The translations under genes were made by a program, and so were the position numbers. The notes under the pieces were generated by a model. That model made no database searches. It was given only the letters and a program-made list of their open reading frames with translations, and had not been told where the DNA came from. From assembly GCA_963661195.1 (NCBI GenBank), contig CAVLBD010000007.1, positions 2,963 through 66,962 on the forward strand: a stretch of DNA of 64,000 nt, given 5' to 3'. Below, piece by piece: positions 17,533 through 26,685 of the stretch. This stretch comes from a bacterium. GTDB taxonomy: Bacteria > Bacteroidota > Bacteroidia > Bacteroidales > Bacteroidaceae. Within the stretch, counting starts at the first letter, position 1, and each line of letters begins with the position of its first letter.

Positions 17533-18192
17533 TTATTTTGAAAGTTTTTGAGTAATCACGTTGCACTGTCCTGTTTTTGCGAAATTGAATGTGAAAGTGT
17601 ATAGTTTTACATAATCTGTCAACACATTGTCGTAGTATTCGCTTAATTTGATAGTATCAATAGCGCATTCGGTATAGTCATTATCGGACTTGCCCTGAAT
17701 ATTCTTTAGCACTTCACCGTATATGTTCTTGAACTGTGTTTTGTAATTGAACCCAAATCCTATATAATCGTAGTCCTTTTCGGTAGGTGTTTTTGTTGCC
17801 TTTTCTGTAATATCAACATGTACGTTTATATTTTGTGGTATCGAAGTTTCTATTATTTTGTTATAGGTATATACATTGCTGTATTTCCCGACAACTTCGC
17901 CGACCATTTCGATTTGTAATTTTGCCGTTGTGTTTTTTGTGTCAATAGCCTCGCGATGCTCAGTGCCATTTGAATCGGTGTATACGAATGTTGCGTCAAA
18001 ATTTCTTAGAAAGTCTTCGGTGAACATATATTTAACGTCTACCTCAGCCTTTGCAATGGTGTTCTTTACATCTGTTTGCGGGATATTCTTGTTTGTATCC
18101 GTGAAATCATAATCATCGTTGCTGCAAGAAGCTGCAGAGAAACCTAGTGATAATGCAACTGCGACACCCATGATAAATTTAATAGCTTTCAT
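17533..18192 (-). CDS. Hypothetical lipoprotein (219 aa)
   Basis: Signal/lipobox ...LGFSAASC|SNDD. No recognisable domain. Confidence 0.6.
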   Translation of the reverse strand: MKAIKFIMGVAVALSLGFSAASCSNDDYDFTDTNKNIPQTDVKNTIAKAEVDVKYMFTEDFLRNFDATFVYTDSNGTEHREAIDTKNTTAKLQIEMVGEVVGKYSNVYTYNKIIETSIPQNINVHVDITEKATKTPTEKDYDYIGFGFNYKTQFKNIYGEVLKNIQGKSDNDYTECAIDTIKLSEYYDNVLTDYVKLYTFTFNFAKTGQCNVITQKLSK

Positions 18193-18282
18193 AATCTTTG
18201 TTTTTTAGTTGTTAATGCTTTAGTTTTGTTTCAATCGGTTTTTAAGACTTTCCCTTGTCTCTTATTTTGTTCTTATCTGCTG

Positions 18283-18290
18283 CAAAGGTA
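18283..18290 (-). promoter_or_regulatory. -7 box (TAccTTTG on the minus strand) upstream of the lipoprotein gene
   Basis: Plus-strand CAAAGGTA, about 91 nt upstream of the ATG at 18192. Confidence 0.4.
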
Positions 18291-18464
18291 GTTCTTTATT
18301 CTTTATCGTCAAACAAAAAGAACAAAAAAAGCGCAATATAAAGCAAAATAATCGCTTTTGCCACTTCGATGTTGCAAAATTCATGCGTAAAGACAATAGT
18401 TTTCCAATTGTTTTATCAAATGTCTTAAAAGACTTATGTGGCTATGTCCATTGATACATTTTGT

Positions 18465-18506
18465 AGAAAAAGAAAAATGCGTTGGGGGAGTAAAGCCCCA
18501 ACGCAT
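18465..18506 (-). terminator. Rho-independent terminator of the rubrerythrin gene
   Basis: Stem ATGCGTTGGGG (18477-18487) / CCCCAACGCAT (18496-18506). The plus-strand A-rich run upstream reads TTTTTCTTTTT on the minus strand after the hairpin. Confidence 0.8.
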
Positions 18507-18553
18507 AGCATTTGTTTTGTCAACGTTCTGTAACGTTGTGTGCAGAATGTATG

Positions 18554-19108
18554 TTATTTGAAGTATCTCTTATACAATCCTTGGAAACCGGCGCAATGGC
18601 GTGCCTCGTCTTTTGCCATTTCGTGTACGGTATCGTGTACATCGTCAAGTCCGGCAGCTTTCGCATTGTGGGCGATGCGGTCTTTGTCAGCGCATGCTCC
18701 GCGTTCTGCAGCAATGCGTGCCTCAAGGTTGCTCTTTGTGTCTTTAAGAACATCACCGAGTAGTTCTGCAAACTTTGAAGCGTGTTCTGCCTCTTCAAAA
18801 GCGTAGCGCTTGAATGCTTCTGCTATTTCAGGATAGCCTTCGCGGTCAGCTTGACGGCTCATGGCTAGATACATTCCTACTTCTCCACATTCGCCGTTGA
18901 AATGAGTCTCTAGGTCTTTTATAAGTTCTGCGTCTGCGCCCTTTGTGCGTGCGATGCCAAGTTCGTGAACTGTAGCAAACGGTTCGTCAGAATCTTCAGT
19001 CATTTCTTGGAACTTTGATGCAGGTGCTTTGCAAACGGGGCACTGCTCTGGAGCTGCATCACCTTCATAAACGTAACCACACACTGTGCAAATAAATTTC
19101 TTTTTCAT
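18554..19108 (-). CDS. Reverse rubrerythrin (N-terminal rubredoxin-like domain plus C-terminal di-iron ferritin-like domain)
   Basis: The N-terminus CTVCGY...x...CPVCKAP is a rubredoxin-type 4-Cys site. It is followed by two ExxH di-iron helices ([21 protein letters not shown]). The domain order is inverted relative to classical rubrerythrin. Confidence 0.9.
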   Translation of the reverse strand: MKKKFICTVCGYVYEGDAAPEQCPVCKAPASKFQEMTEDSDEPFATVHELGIARTKGADAELIKDLETHFNGECGEVGMYLAMSRQADREGYPEIAEAFKRYAFEEAEHASKFAELLGDVLKDTKSNLEARIAAERGACADKDRIAHNAKAAGLDDVHDTVHEMAKDEARHCAGFQGLYKRYFK

Positions 19109-19241
19109 AATGTTTTTGTATTTTATATTTTGAACATCACGGATATTTCTCTCTTCCCGAATTCCTTACAATGTCTTTTAATTGTATGTTTCCATATGTC
19201 GTTATATTGGATCCTTCGGGATTGTTTTCCTCCGTCGTTGG

Positions 19242-19249
19242 CAAAGATA
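19242..19249 (-). promoter_or_regulatory. -7 box (TAtcTTTG on the minus strand) upstream of rubrerythrin
   Basis: Plus-strand CAAAGATA, about 134 nt upstream of the ATG at 19108. Confidence 0.4.
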
Positions 19250-19329
19250 GTTATATTTCCGTGATACCTAATAATTGTTAGTGATTGAATTTATCTATTA
19301 TATGATAAATTTAATGTATTTTGCTTATT

Positions 19330-20967
19330 TCAAAGCCAATTTACTGGGTCTTCAAATGCCATCTGTTGCCCTGTTATAGGATGCTTAAAGGATATTTGTG
19401 CTGCGTGAAGGAACATTCTTTCCAATGTTGGGTGTCCATATAGCTTATCACCTAAAATAGGTATGCCAAGTCCTTGTTTATGGGCACAATGTATGCGGAG
19501 TTGGTGTGTTCGTCCCGTTAGTGGGTATAGGTTTATAAGTGTTCTGCCTTCTTTAGTCTGCATAATTTCATAGTGTGTCTCTGCAGGTTTTCCAATTGGC
19601 GTAACGATTTGCCGTGGGCTATCCTGTGGATCTGGTGCGATAGGCAGGTTTATGTTTCCTTTTGTAGCACATTTTGGTACCCCGTCAAGAATGGCTATAT
19701 ACCGTTTCCTTATTTTATGATTTGCAAACTGCTTGTGAAGCGAACGCAATGCCTCTTTGTTTTTGGCTACTAGAAGCAGACCGCTTGTTGCCATGTCAAG
19801 GCGGTGCGCAGCAACGATGAAGGTATCATCACCTCTTTCTTTGCGTAGAATGTCAATGACTGACGGATTGTCAATGAGCCCCGGGACAGACAACATTCCT
19901 GCAGGCTTGCTTACTACGATAAGATCTTCATCTTCGAAAATGATACGTAGCCCGTCTTGATCGTTTTTATCGGTTATAGAATAGTGTGGAGCACTGTCAA
20001 CGTTCAATCCTTTCAACATGAAGCCCAATATCGGCTTGCATTTGTTGCGGCATGCCGGATAATAATGCAGGTGATGGCGTATTTCTGCCTTGGGCGACTT
20101 TCCCCACCAAAACTCTGCCATGCATATTGGATGGTATCCTTTAAGGAAGGCGTATTGCAGGAGTTTGGGTGCACAGCAGTCACCAGCTCCTGAAGGTGGA
20201 ACACCCTGTGGCGTATTGGCGAAGATCTGGCACAGATCGGTATGGGTGCCTTCTGCATTAAGTATGTCATATTGCATGAAAAGCCATTGCTGAAGCTTGT
20301 CAGACATGTCTTTTCTTTTGTGTTTCAGCTCCGCTAATTGCTTATCCAGTTTTCCTATTTCCGTTACTATGGGTTGCAACTTCTCTGCGGCGTGTTGCTT
20401 CATTCGCCTTAGTTCTGCTTTTTGGAATTGACTTTCTGCTACTAATGCCGCGAGCTCTTCTTCGGAAGGCCGCGGGGTTGCAGAGCGTATCCCGTGGCGT
20501 TTTTTCTTAGACTCTGCCATATATGCTTTGAAGCGGCTGATATCTTCTTCTGCAGCTTTTTTCTCTTTGTTGTAATGTTGGTGTAGAGTGGTGGCAAATG
20601 CGGAATTTTGTAACTTGTCAATGAGAATGTTTATTTGTGAAATTTCCCGTTCGTGTTGTTTAAAATAGCCGTTGTGTTGCAAACAATCATAAATAGGCGG
20701 CACGAAATATTCCCAGTCGTTACGTCCACCTAGCAGTCCACTGTATGCAGCAAGAAAGCCAAGAGAACCTTTGTTGTCCTTGACAACGAGCACTCCAAAC
20801 ATTTTCCCTTCATTTATTTCTTCGCTCAGCGACGTTTTCTCTTCTAGCCACTGCTGCACTTCTGTTGCGGCGAGAGTGCAAAGCGGGTGGGGGATGTAAT
20901 CGAAAGGGTTGGTGAAATATATTGGTTCTGGAGTGTTGCTTTTTAAAGGGTGAAGGCGATTAACCAT
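19330..20967 (-). CDS. RluA-family pseudouridine synthase with ~330-aa N-terminal extension
   Basis: The C-terminal ~210 aa carry the RluA catalytic motif HRLDMATSGLLLVAKN and ...YPLTGRTHQLRIH. The N-terminal two thirds are unrelated: a beta segment, a K/E-rich coiled coil and a Cys/His cluster. Confidence 0.85.
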   Translation of the reverse strand: MVNRLHPLKSNTPEPIYFTNPFDYIPHPLCTLAATEVQQWLEEKTSLSEEINEGKMFGVLVVKDNKGSLGFLAAYSGLLGGRNDWEYFVPPIYDCLQHNGYFKQHEREISQINILIDKLQNSAFATTLHQHYNKEKKAAEEDISRFKAYMAESKKKRHGIRSATPRPSEEELAALVAESQFQKAELRRMKQHAAEKLQPIVTEIGKLDKQLAELKHKRKDMSDKLQQWLFMQYDILNAEGTHTDLCQIFANTPQGVPPSGAGDCCAPKLLQYAFLKGYHPICMAEFWWGKSPKAEIRHHLHYYPACRNKCKPILGFMLKGLNVDSAPHYSITDKNDQDGLRIIFEDEDLIVVSKPAGMLSVPGLIDNPSVIDILRKERGDDTFIVAAHRLDMATSGLLLVAKNKEALRSLHKQFANHKIRKRYIAILDGVPKCATKGNINLPIAPDPQDSPRQIVTPIGKPAETHYEIMQTKEGRTLINLYPLTGRTHQLRIHCAHKQGLGIPILGDKLYGHPTLERMFLHAAQISFKHPITGQQMAFEDPVNWL

Positions 20968-21144
20968 AGTTTTAGGCTATTTGTAGTTGAAGGCAGGGGG
21001 TATAAAAATCAAGCATGCACGACTTCCCTCAAGCCACGCATGCTTTTTCTACTCTGCTCAATTAATACTAACTAACAAATATTTCGTCATTATTTCCTTG
21101 TCGCATGAATATATGTACAAGGTCACATTGCTTTTCTTCTATTG

Positions 21145-21152
21145 CAAAGATA
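21145..21152 (-). promoter_or_regulatory. -7 box (TAtcTTTG on the minus strand) upstream of the pseudouridine synthase gene
   Basis: Plus-strand CAAAGATA, about 178 nt upstream of the ATG at 20967. Confidence 0.35.
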
Positions 21153-21337
21153 TTTACAAAGGCTCGGCCTTTACTTTATTTAGTGATAAAATGATATTGT
21201 TTTTTGACAAATGGCCTTTCCTCTTACTTTTCTTATAGTCTTTGTCTTGATGTGTTGCAATGTTCGATTAGCAAAATTGGGCAGTTAATTAGAGTTGCGC
21301 TTTTTTATGGGACATGCTCTGCGCTTGTGAAAAGTAT

Positions 21338-22174
21338 TTATTCAAGCGTTATGTTTTCCACGTCAACGTCCTCGTGGAGGAAGAGCTGTGCTGACTCGCG
21401 GAATTTATCGGTGTTTTCGGTCGTCAGATAGTGACAATGTCCGCCTTTTGAACATTTGGCGTCCATTTCAGGATGCCGGCGGAGATAGTCTTTTAGGCTG
21501 TTTGCTACATATTCTCCTTGCGGAACGATCTGCACGCCGCGCGGTACGTATTTGAGAATTTTGTTTAGCAGTAGCGGATAATGTGTGCAGCCAAGGATGA
21601 CAGAATCTATTAGAGGATCGCGTCTGAGTAGGTTACCTATGCGTTTTTCCACGAAATAATCTGCCCCCGGACTGTCGTATTCATTGTTTTCTATAAGTGG
21701 AACCCACATCGGACAAGGCTCCCCCATTACCGTTATGTCGGGGAAAAGTTTTTGGATTTCGAGTACGTAACTTTCACTTTTTATTGTTCCAGCTGTAGCA
21801 AAGATGCCAACGTGACGTGTTTGTGTTATGTTGCCGATACACTCTGCTGTGGGGCGGATTACACCCAGTACGCGACGTTCCGGGTCTATTTGTGGGAGGT
21901 CGTTTTGCTGGATGGTGCGCAATGCTTTTGCTGAAGCGGTGTTGCAGGCCAATATTACAAGATGGCATCCCATGCTGAATAGTTTCAGCACGGCTTCGCG
22001 TGTGAATTTATAGACGATGTCGAATGAACGCGTACCGTATGGCGTGCGTGCGTTGTCTCCGAGGTATAGATAGTCATACTGTGGCAGCAGCTGCTTCATT
22101 TGGTGCAAGATAGTAAGTCCACCGTATCCTGAGTCGAACACACCTATTGGTCCGCAATTTTCCTGTTTCATCAT
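21338..22174 (-). CDS. murI: Glutamate racemase
   Basis: GVFDSGYGGLT, ACNTASA and GCTHYPLL contain the two catalytic Cys motifs. Length is 278 aa. Confidence 0.95.
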   Translation of the reverse strand: MMKQENCGPIGVFDSGYGGLTILHQMKQLLPQYDYLYLGDNARTPYGTRSFDIVYKFTREAVLKLFSMGCHLVILACNTASAKALRTIQQNDLPQIDPERRVLGVIRPTAECIGNITQTRHVGIFATAGTIKSESYVLEIQKLFPDITVMGEPCPMWVPLIENNEYDSPGADYFVEKRIGNLLRRDPLIDSVILGCTHYPLLLNKILKYVPRGVQIVPQGEYVANSLKDYLRRHPEMDAKCSKGGHCHYLTTENTDKFRESAQLFLHEDVDVENITLE

Positions 22175-22216
22175 CGTTATATTTGTTTATTGTCTTTGTG
22201 GCTTTTCCCGTGAAAA

Positions 22217-22720
22217 TTATTTCAGCTCGTCTGTAATCAGCACATTTATGTCTTCTCCCTTGGTGCTGTCAACATACGGGCATGCATCGCCGTCAGTGTT
22301 TATTATGAAAGCATAGCCGTGTTCCTGGCCGATTTTCTTTAGAGCAGCGGCAAGTTTGTTTTTCAGTGGCGCATAGGCATCATTTTCAGCTTGTTTGAGC
22401 AGTCGCATGGCTTCCTCTTTAAACTTCATGTTTTTCTGTAGGAGTTCCTGCAGTTCTGCCTGTCGCTTGTCAAGAATGGCAGGGGCAAGAGTGCGCTGAT
22501 TTTCAAGGAAGTCTTCGTATTTGTTGTTGAATTCCTTTTCTGCACGTTTCAGTTCGTTGTCATACTGGGTGCGTAGTTTTTCTATGTTTGCCGTGGCTGT
22601 AGCATAGTCAGGCATTGATTTGTACGCAGCTTCGTAGCTGAAGTATCCGAACTTGAAGTCTTGTGCAGATACCGTGAGCGTGAGCATGGTTATGAAGAGT
22701 AGTATGATGGCTTTTTTCAT
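22217..22720 (-). CDS. OmpH/Skp-family periplasmic chaperone (copy 3)
   Basis: Signal ...TVSA|QDFK, then a ~150-aa K/E/Q-rich coiled-coil body. It sits downstream of bamA. Confidence 0.85.
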   Translation of the reverse strand: MKKAIILLFITMLTLTVSAQDFKFGYFSYEAAYKSMPDYATATANIEKLRTQYDNELKRAEKEFNNKYEDFLENQRTLAPAILDKRQAELQELLQKNMKFKEEAMRLLKQAENDAYAPLKNKLAAALKKIGQEHGYAFIINTDGDACPYVDSTKGEDINVLITDELK

Positions 22721-22864
22721 GTTTTTCTTTGTTTTGGAGTGTGTATGAAAAGAAAATGTGCCAAAAGCGTGGAGTCGTTAGTCTTACAGTCCATCGCTTT
22801 TGACACACTCCGCTATACGTCTTTGAGTGCCGTATATGTAATGTTGCCCTTTGCGGGTTTCGTT

Positions 22865-23365
22865 TTATTTCAGCTTGTTAAGTTCTGCTTTCACTTCGGC
22901 AGTTACATCCTTGCTCAGTGTTTCGCTGATGTATGGTATGCCGCTTGAAAGATCCATGATGTATACGTATCCACCGCTCTTGCCTACGTTCTTGATAGCA
23001 TTCTGTAGTTTTGTTATTATAGGCTGCAGCTTTTCGCTCTGCAACTTCTGTATTGCCTGAGCGTTGTCCTGCTGTGCTTGCTGGAACTTGGTGTATAGAT
23101 CCTGAAGATTTGCTTCGGTTTCTTTACGCTTAGTGTCATTCATAGTAGCCTGAGTCTTGTCGTATTCCTCGGCTTTCTTCTGTATTTCCGTCTGCATTTC
23201 CTTGAGCTGATTGTCGTAGATCTTTGCTTGACCTTCAACTTCAGCACGTGCCTTTACAAACTCGGGAAGACTTTCCATAACAGACTGTGCGTTGACATGT
23301 CCGAACTTCTGTGCGAATGTTGCTAGAGGTGCGAACAACATCAACATTAAAATCAATTTTTTCAT
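22865..23365 (-). CDS. OmpH/Skp-family periplasmic chaperone (copy 2)
   Basis: Signal ...ATFA|QKFG. The mature start QKFGHVN... and the coiled-coil composition are typical of Bacteroidetes OmpH. Confidence 0.85.
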   Translation of the reverse strand: MKKLILMLMLFAPLATFAQKFGHVNAQSVMESLPEFVKARAEVEGQAKIYDNQLKEMQTEIQKKAEEYDKTQATMNDTKRKETEANLQDLYTKFQQAQQDNAQAIQKLQSEKLQPIITKLQNAIKNVGKSGGYVYIMDLSSGIPYISETLSKDVTAEVKAELNKLK

Positions 23366-23473
23366 CTTGTCGTTTATTTGTTTTTTATTATTAATATTTC
23401 GTTTACGTTACATGTACTTGCCTGCTTTGTGCAAGGTATGCAAATGTAATATGTTTTTTACTATCAGCCAAAT

Positions 23474-23989
23474 TTAATTTGCCGAATAGCCAAGCTTGCT
23501 AAGCACTTCGTTGCTAATGTCTACCTTTGGCGATGCGAAGATAATTCCCGTGTCGGAGGCTCTGTCGAGCACGAGCGAGTAGCCTCGCAGTTCGCTTATT
23601 TCTTTCACCGCAGTGTATATTTCTTCTTGTATAGGTGTCATAAGACTAGTGCGCTTCTTGTATAGTTCGCCTTCGGGACCGAAATATTTCTTTTTCAGTT
23701 CGCTGGCGTCTTTTTCTTTTTGCAGTATGGCTTCTTGGCGACTTTTCTTTTGTTCTTGCGAGAGGAAAACCGACTCGTTTTGGTAATTCTTATAGAGTGT
23801 CTGTACCTCCGTGCTCATGGCATCAACTTCAGCCTGCCATTTTTTTGCCACTTGCGAGAGTTGTTCGTTTGCACGCTCATAGGCTGGGATATTTTTAAGT
23901 ATATATTCCATGTCAACAAGGGCGAACTTCTGTGCGCTCATGCCTAGTGCAGACATAAGCATCACTGCAATCATTATTAGCTTTTTCAT
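23474..23989 (-). CDS. OmpH/Skp-family periplasmic chaperone (copy 1)
   Basis: Signal ...GMSA|QKFA, then FALVDMEYILKNIP... and a coiled-coil body. It lies immediately downstream of bamA. Confidence 0.85.
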   Translation of the reverse strand: MKKLIMIAVMLMSALGMSAQKFALVDMEYILKNIPAYERANEQLSQVAKKWQAEVDAMSTEVQTLYKNYQNESVFLSQEQKKSRQEAILQKEKDASELKKKYFGPEGELYKKRTSLMTPIQEEIYTAVKEISELRGYSLVLDRASDTGIIFASPKVDISNEVLSKLGYSAN

Positions 23990-24042
23990 TGTCTTGGCAT
24001 TTATTTTTTAGACATGTTCTTTAAATTCTTTCCTTGACAGTA

Positions 24043-26685
24043 TTAGAATTCCTGTCCGAGGATGAAGTGGAATTGCGAACCTCCGCGTGTCATCGTTGAG
24101 CCGCTTGCCACTTTGTCGAAGCCATAAGCCCAGTCAATACCCATTAAGCCCACCATAGGCAAGTAGATGCGCACGCCAATTCCGGCAGAACGTTTCATAT
24201 CGAATGGGTTGAAATATTTGGTGTCGCTCCATGCATTTCCTGCTTCCACGAAGCCAAGGCCGTAAATGGTTGTATTGCCAAGCAGGAATGGGTAGCGCAG
24301 CTCCATTGTGAAGCGGTCGTAGGCATAGCTGTTGTAGCCAACAGTTCCATTTTCATAACCTCTCAGTCCGATAGTCTCTTCGGCATAACCAGAAGAATAA
24401 CCGCTCATTCCGTCGCCTCCCACATAATATGTTTCAAAAGGAGACTTCTTGTGTTTGTTATATGAGCCGAGTAATCCGAATTCTGCCCTTGTCATCAATA
24501 CAAGACATTTCTGTCCGTTTGTGAGAGCCGTAAACATACGACCTTTGAACTTCCATTTGTGATATTCAACCCAGCGGTATTTCTCCTGCATCTCGTCTTT
24601 GTATGTTGCCGAATTCGCGTCGGTGGCAAGATTTGCATAGTCTTTCTTTTGGAATTTTGACCATGGCGGAGTTATTGTCACGGATGCTATAAATTCTGAA
24701 CCGCGGCGTGGGAACAGCTGATTGTCTGTTGACGTTCTTGAAAGCGACAGGCTCAGGTTGAGGTTGTTGCAGTTTCCGTCAGTAACAATAAAGTATTGCC
24801 AGTTCTTCAGCATGTAACGCTGGAACGACAGCTCGGCCGAAAGTTGGAAATAGTCATCCGGCCAGCGTAAACGCTTTCCCCATCCGAGCGAAACTCCGAA
24901 GAGTTCCACATATTTGTCCGGGTCAAGATAATTCTCATAGTTATAGTTATAAGAACTTCCGGTGCCGTAATAGCTATAATAGTAGCTGTTCATGAGTGCC
25001 GTGTTGTAGTAGTTGCTGTTTACGTCCGTCTGCTTTGAGAAGTATGCACCCACGGTGAACTGAATAGGACGTTTCCCTCCAAACCATGATGTTGAGTAGG
25101 ATGCGTTATACGACTGGTAGTATGAACCGTTTGTCTGTGCACCGATTGAAAGCACTTCGCCGTCTCCTACGGGTAGTATTCCGCGATGTTCACGATTTTT
25201 GTTGAACAGGTTGCGCATTGAGAAGTTGTTGAGTTTCAGTCCAACGCGACCAATGACACCAGTCTGTCCCCATCCTAGAGAAAATTCAACTTGGTCATTT
25301 GACTTTTGAACAAGGTTATAATCAATGTCTACAGTACCTGTTTCATAGTTTGGTTTCACGTCCGGGTTAATCTGTTCAGGGTCAAAATGCCCCATTGAGG
25401 CAAGTTCTCGACCAGAACGTTGCAAGGCATCCTTTGAGAAAAGGTCTCCCGGTTTTGTGCGGAGTTCGCGGCGAACAACATTTTCGTAAAGCCGTGTGTT
25501 ACCGTTGATTCGCACTTTGCTGATATGTGCCTGTTGGCCTTCATAGATTCTCATCTCAAGGTCTATGGAGTCTCCCACGATATTTACCTCTGTTGGCTGA
25601 AGATTATAGAATAGGTATCCATCGTTCCAGTAGTTGTTGCCCACAGCATCTTCGTCTTCGCTAAGTCGTTTGCTTAGAAGTTTCTGGTTGTAGACATCGC
25701 CTTTCTTCATGTCGAGCACACGACTCAAGTAGTCTGTTGTGAAGACAGTGTTTCCAACCCACGTGATATTGCGTATGTAGTATTTCTTTCCTTCGTCAAT
25801 TTTGAGATAGACGTTCACGTGCTTTGGGTCGTTGCTCCATACACTATCTTCCACGATTTCTGCATCGCGGTATCCTAACTCGTTGTATTTTTCTATAAGG
25901 CTTTGCTTTCCTTCCTTATATCTTTCCGGAGTGTATTTCGTAGATTTCAGGAAGCTGGAAATTTTTCCTGCTTCGCGTATTTTTCCCAAGGCACCTTTTG
26001 TGAATATTCCTCCTTTTATCTTTTTAGAAGATACTTCTTTGTTGCCTACGAGGAATATGTTTCTTACTTTTATCTTCTCTTTCTTGTCTACGTCAACGTA
26101 TAGAATGACTTGATTCTTGTTTGATACATCGTCGATTTGCTGTATGTTTATTTCGGCATTGTTAAAGCCCTTGTCGTTAAAGTATTTTTCTGCTAGTGTC
26201 TTTGCGCGGTCAAGCATGTTTGGGGTTATTTGGCTTCCTTTCAGCAGTCCGAGCTTTGCTTCAAGATCTTCCCTTTCCGACTTCTTAACACCGGAGTAAT
26301 TTATTACCGACACACGTGGGCGTGTTGCCAAATAGAAATGCAGATAAATCTTGTCGCCGATAATGGAGTCGGCAGCAACGGTGACTTTAGAGAAGAGACC
26401 GTGTCTCCAGTATCGTTTCACGGCATCCGTTATTTCTTGTCCAGGCACAGAAATTTCCTGTCCGATGGTAAGGCCGGAAATACCAGTGAGCATATAGTCC
26501 TCATATCCTTCTACTCCCGATACCGCAATCCCGTCGATGATGCAGGTTCGGGCAGAACCGGCATACGTAATGTCTGGGTTGACAATCTTCTCTTGCGCCT
26601 TTACGCCCGTCGCAGTCAGTGCGGCGAACATGCAAATAAGCACTTTATCTATTTTTTTGTCCATCGTTGTCTTTTTCTTATGCAT
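24043..26685 (-). CDS. bamA: Outer-membrane protein assembly factor BamA
   Basis: The 880-aa ORF has five POTRA-like repeats followed by a C-terminal 16-strand barrel ending ...GSQFHFILGQEF. Synteny is the conserved uppS-bamA-ompH order. The start could instead be Met8 (26664), which would remove the 8-nt overlap with uppS. Confidence 0.95.
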   Translation of the reverse strand: MHKKKTTMDKKIDKVLICMFAALTATGVKAQEKIVNPDITYAGSARTCIIDGIAVSGVEGYEDYMLTGISGLTIGQEISVPGQEITDAVKRYWRHGLFSKVTVAADSIIGDKIYLHFYLATRPRVSVINYSGVKKSEREDLEAKLGLLKGSQITPNMLDRAKTLAEKYFNDKGFNNAEINIQQIDDVSNKNQVILYVDVDKKEKIKVRNIFLVGNKEVSSKKIKGGIFTKGALGKIREAGKISSFLKSTKYTPERYKEGKQSLIEKYNELGYRDAEIVEDSVWSNDPKHVNVYLKIDEGKKYYIRNITWVGNTVFTTDYLSRVLDMKKGDVYNQKLLSKRLSEDEDAVGNNYWNDGYLFYNLQPTEVNIVGDSIDLEMRIYEGQQAHISKVRINGNTRLYENVVRRELRTKPGDLFSKDALQRSGRELASMGHFDPEQINPDVKPNYETGTVDIDYNLVQKSNDQVEFSLGWGQTGVIGRVGLKLNNFSMRNLFNKNREHRGILPVGDGEVLSIGAQTNGSYYQSYNASYSTSWFGGKRPIQFTVGAYFSKQTDVNSNYYNTALMNSYYYSYYGTGSSYNYNYENYLDPDKYVELFGVSLGWGKRLRWPDDYFQLSAELSFQRYMLKNWQYFIVTDGNCNNLNLSLSLSRTSTDNQLFPRRGSEFIASVTITPPWSKFQKKDYANLATDANSATYKDEMQEKYRWVEYHKWKFKGRMFTALTNGQKCLVLMTRAEFGLLGSYNKHKKSPFETYYVGGDGMSGYSSGYAEETIGLRGYENGTVGYNSYAYDRFTMELRYPFLLGNTTIYGLGFVEAGNAWSDTKYFNPFDMKRSAGIGVRIYLPMVGLMGIDWAYGFDKVASGSTMTRGGSQFHFILGQEF

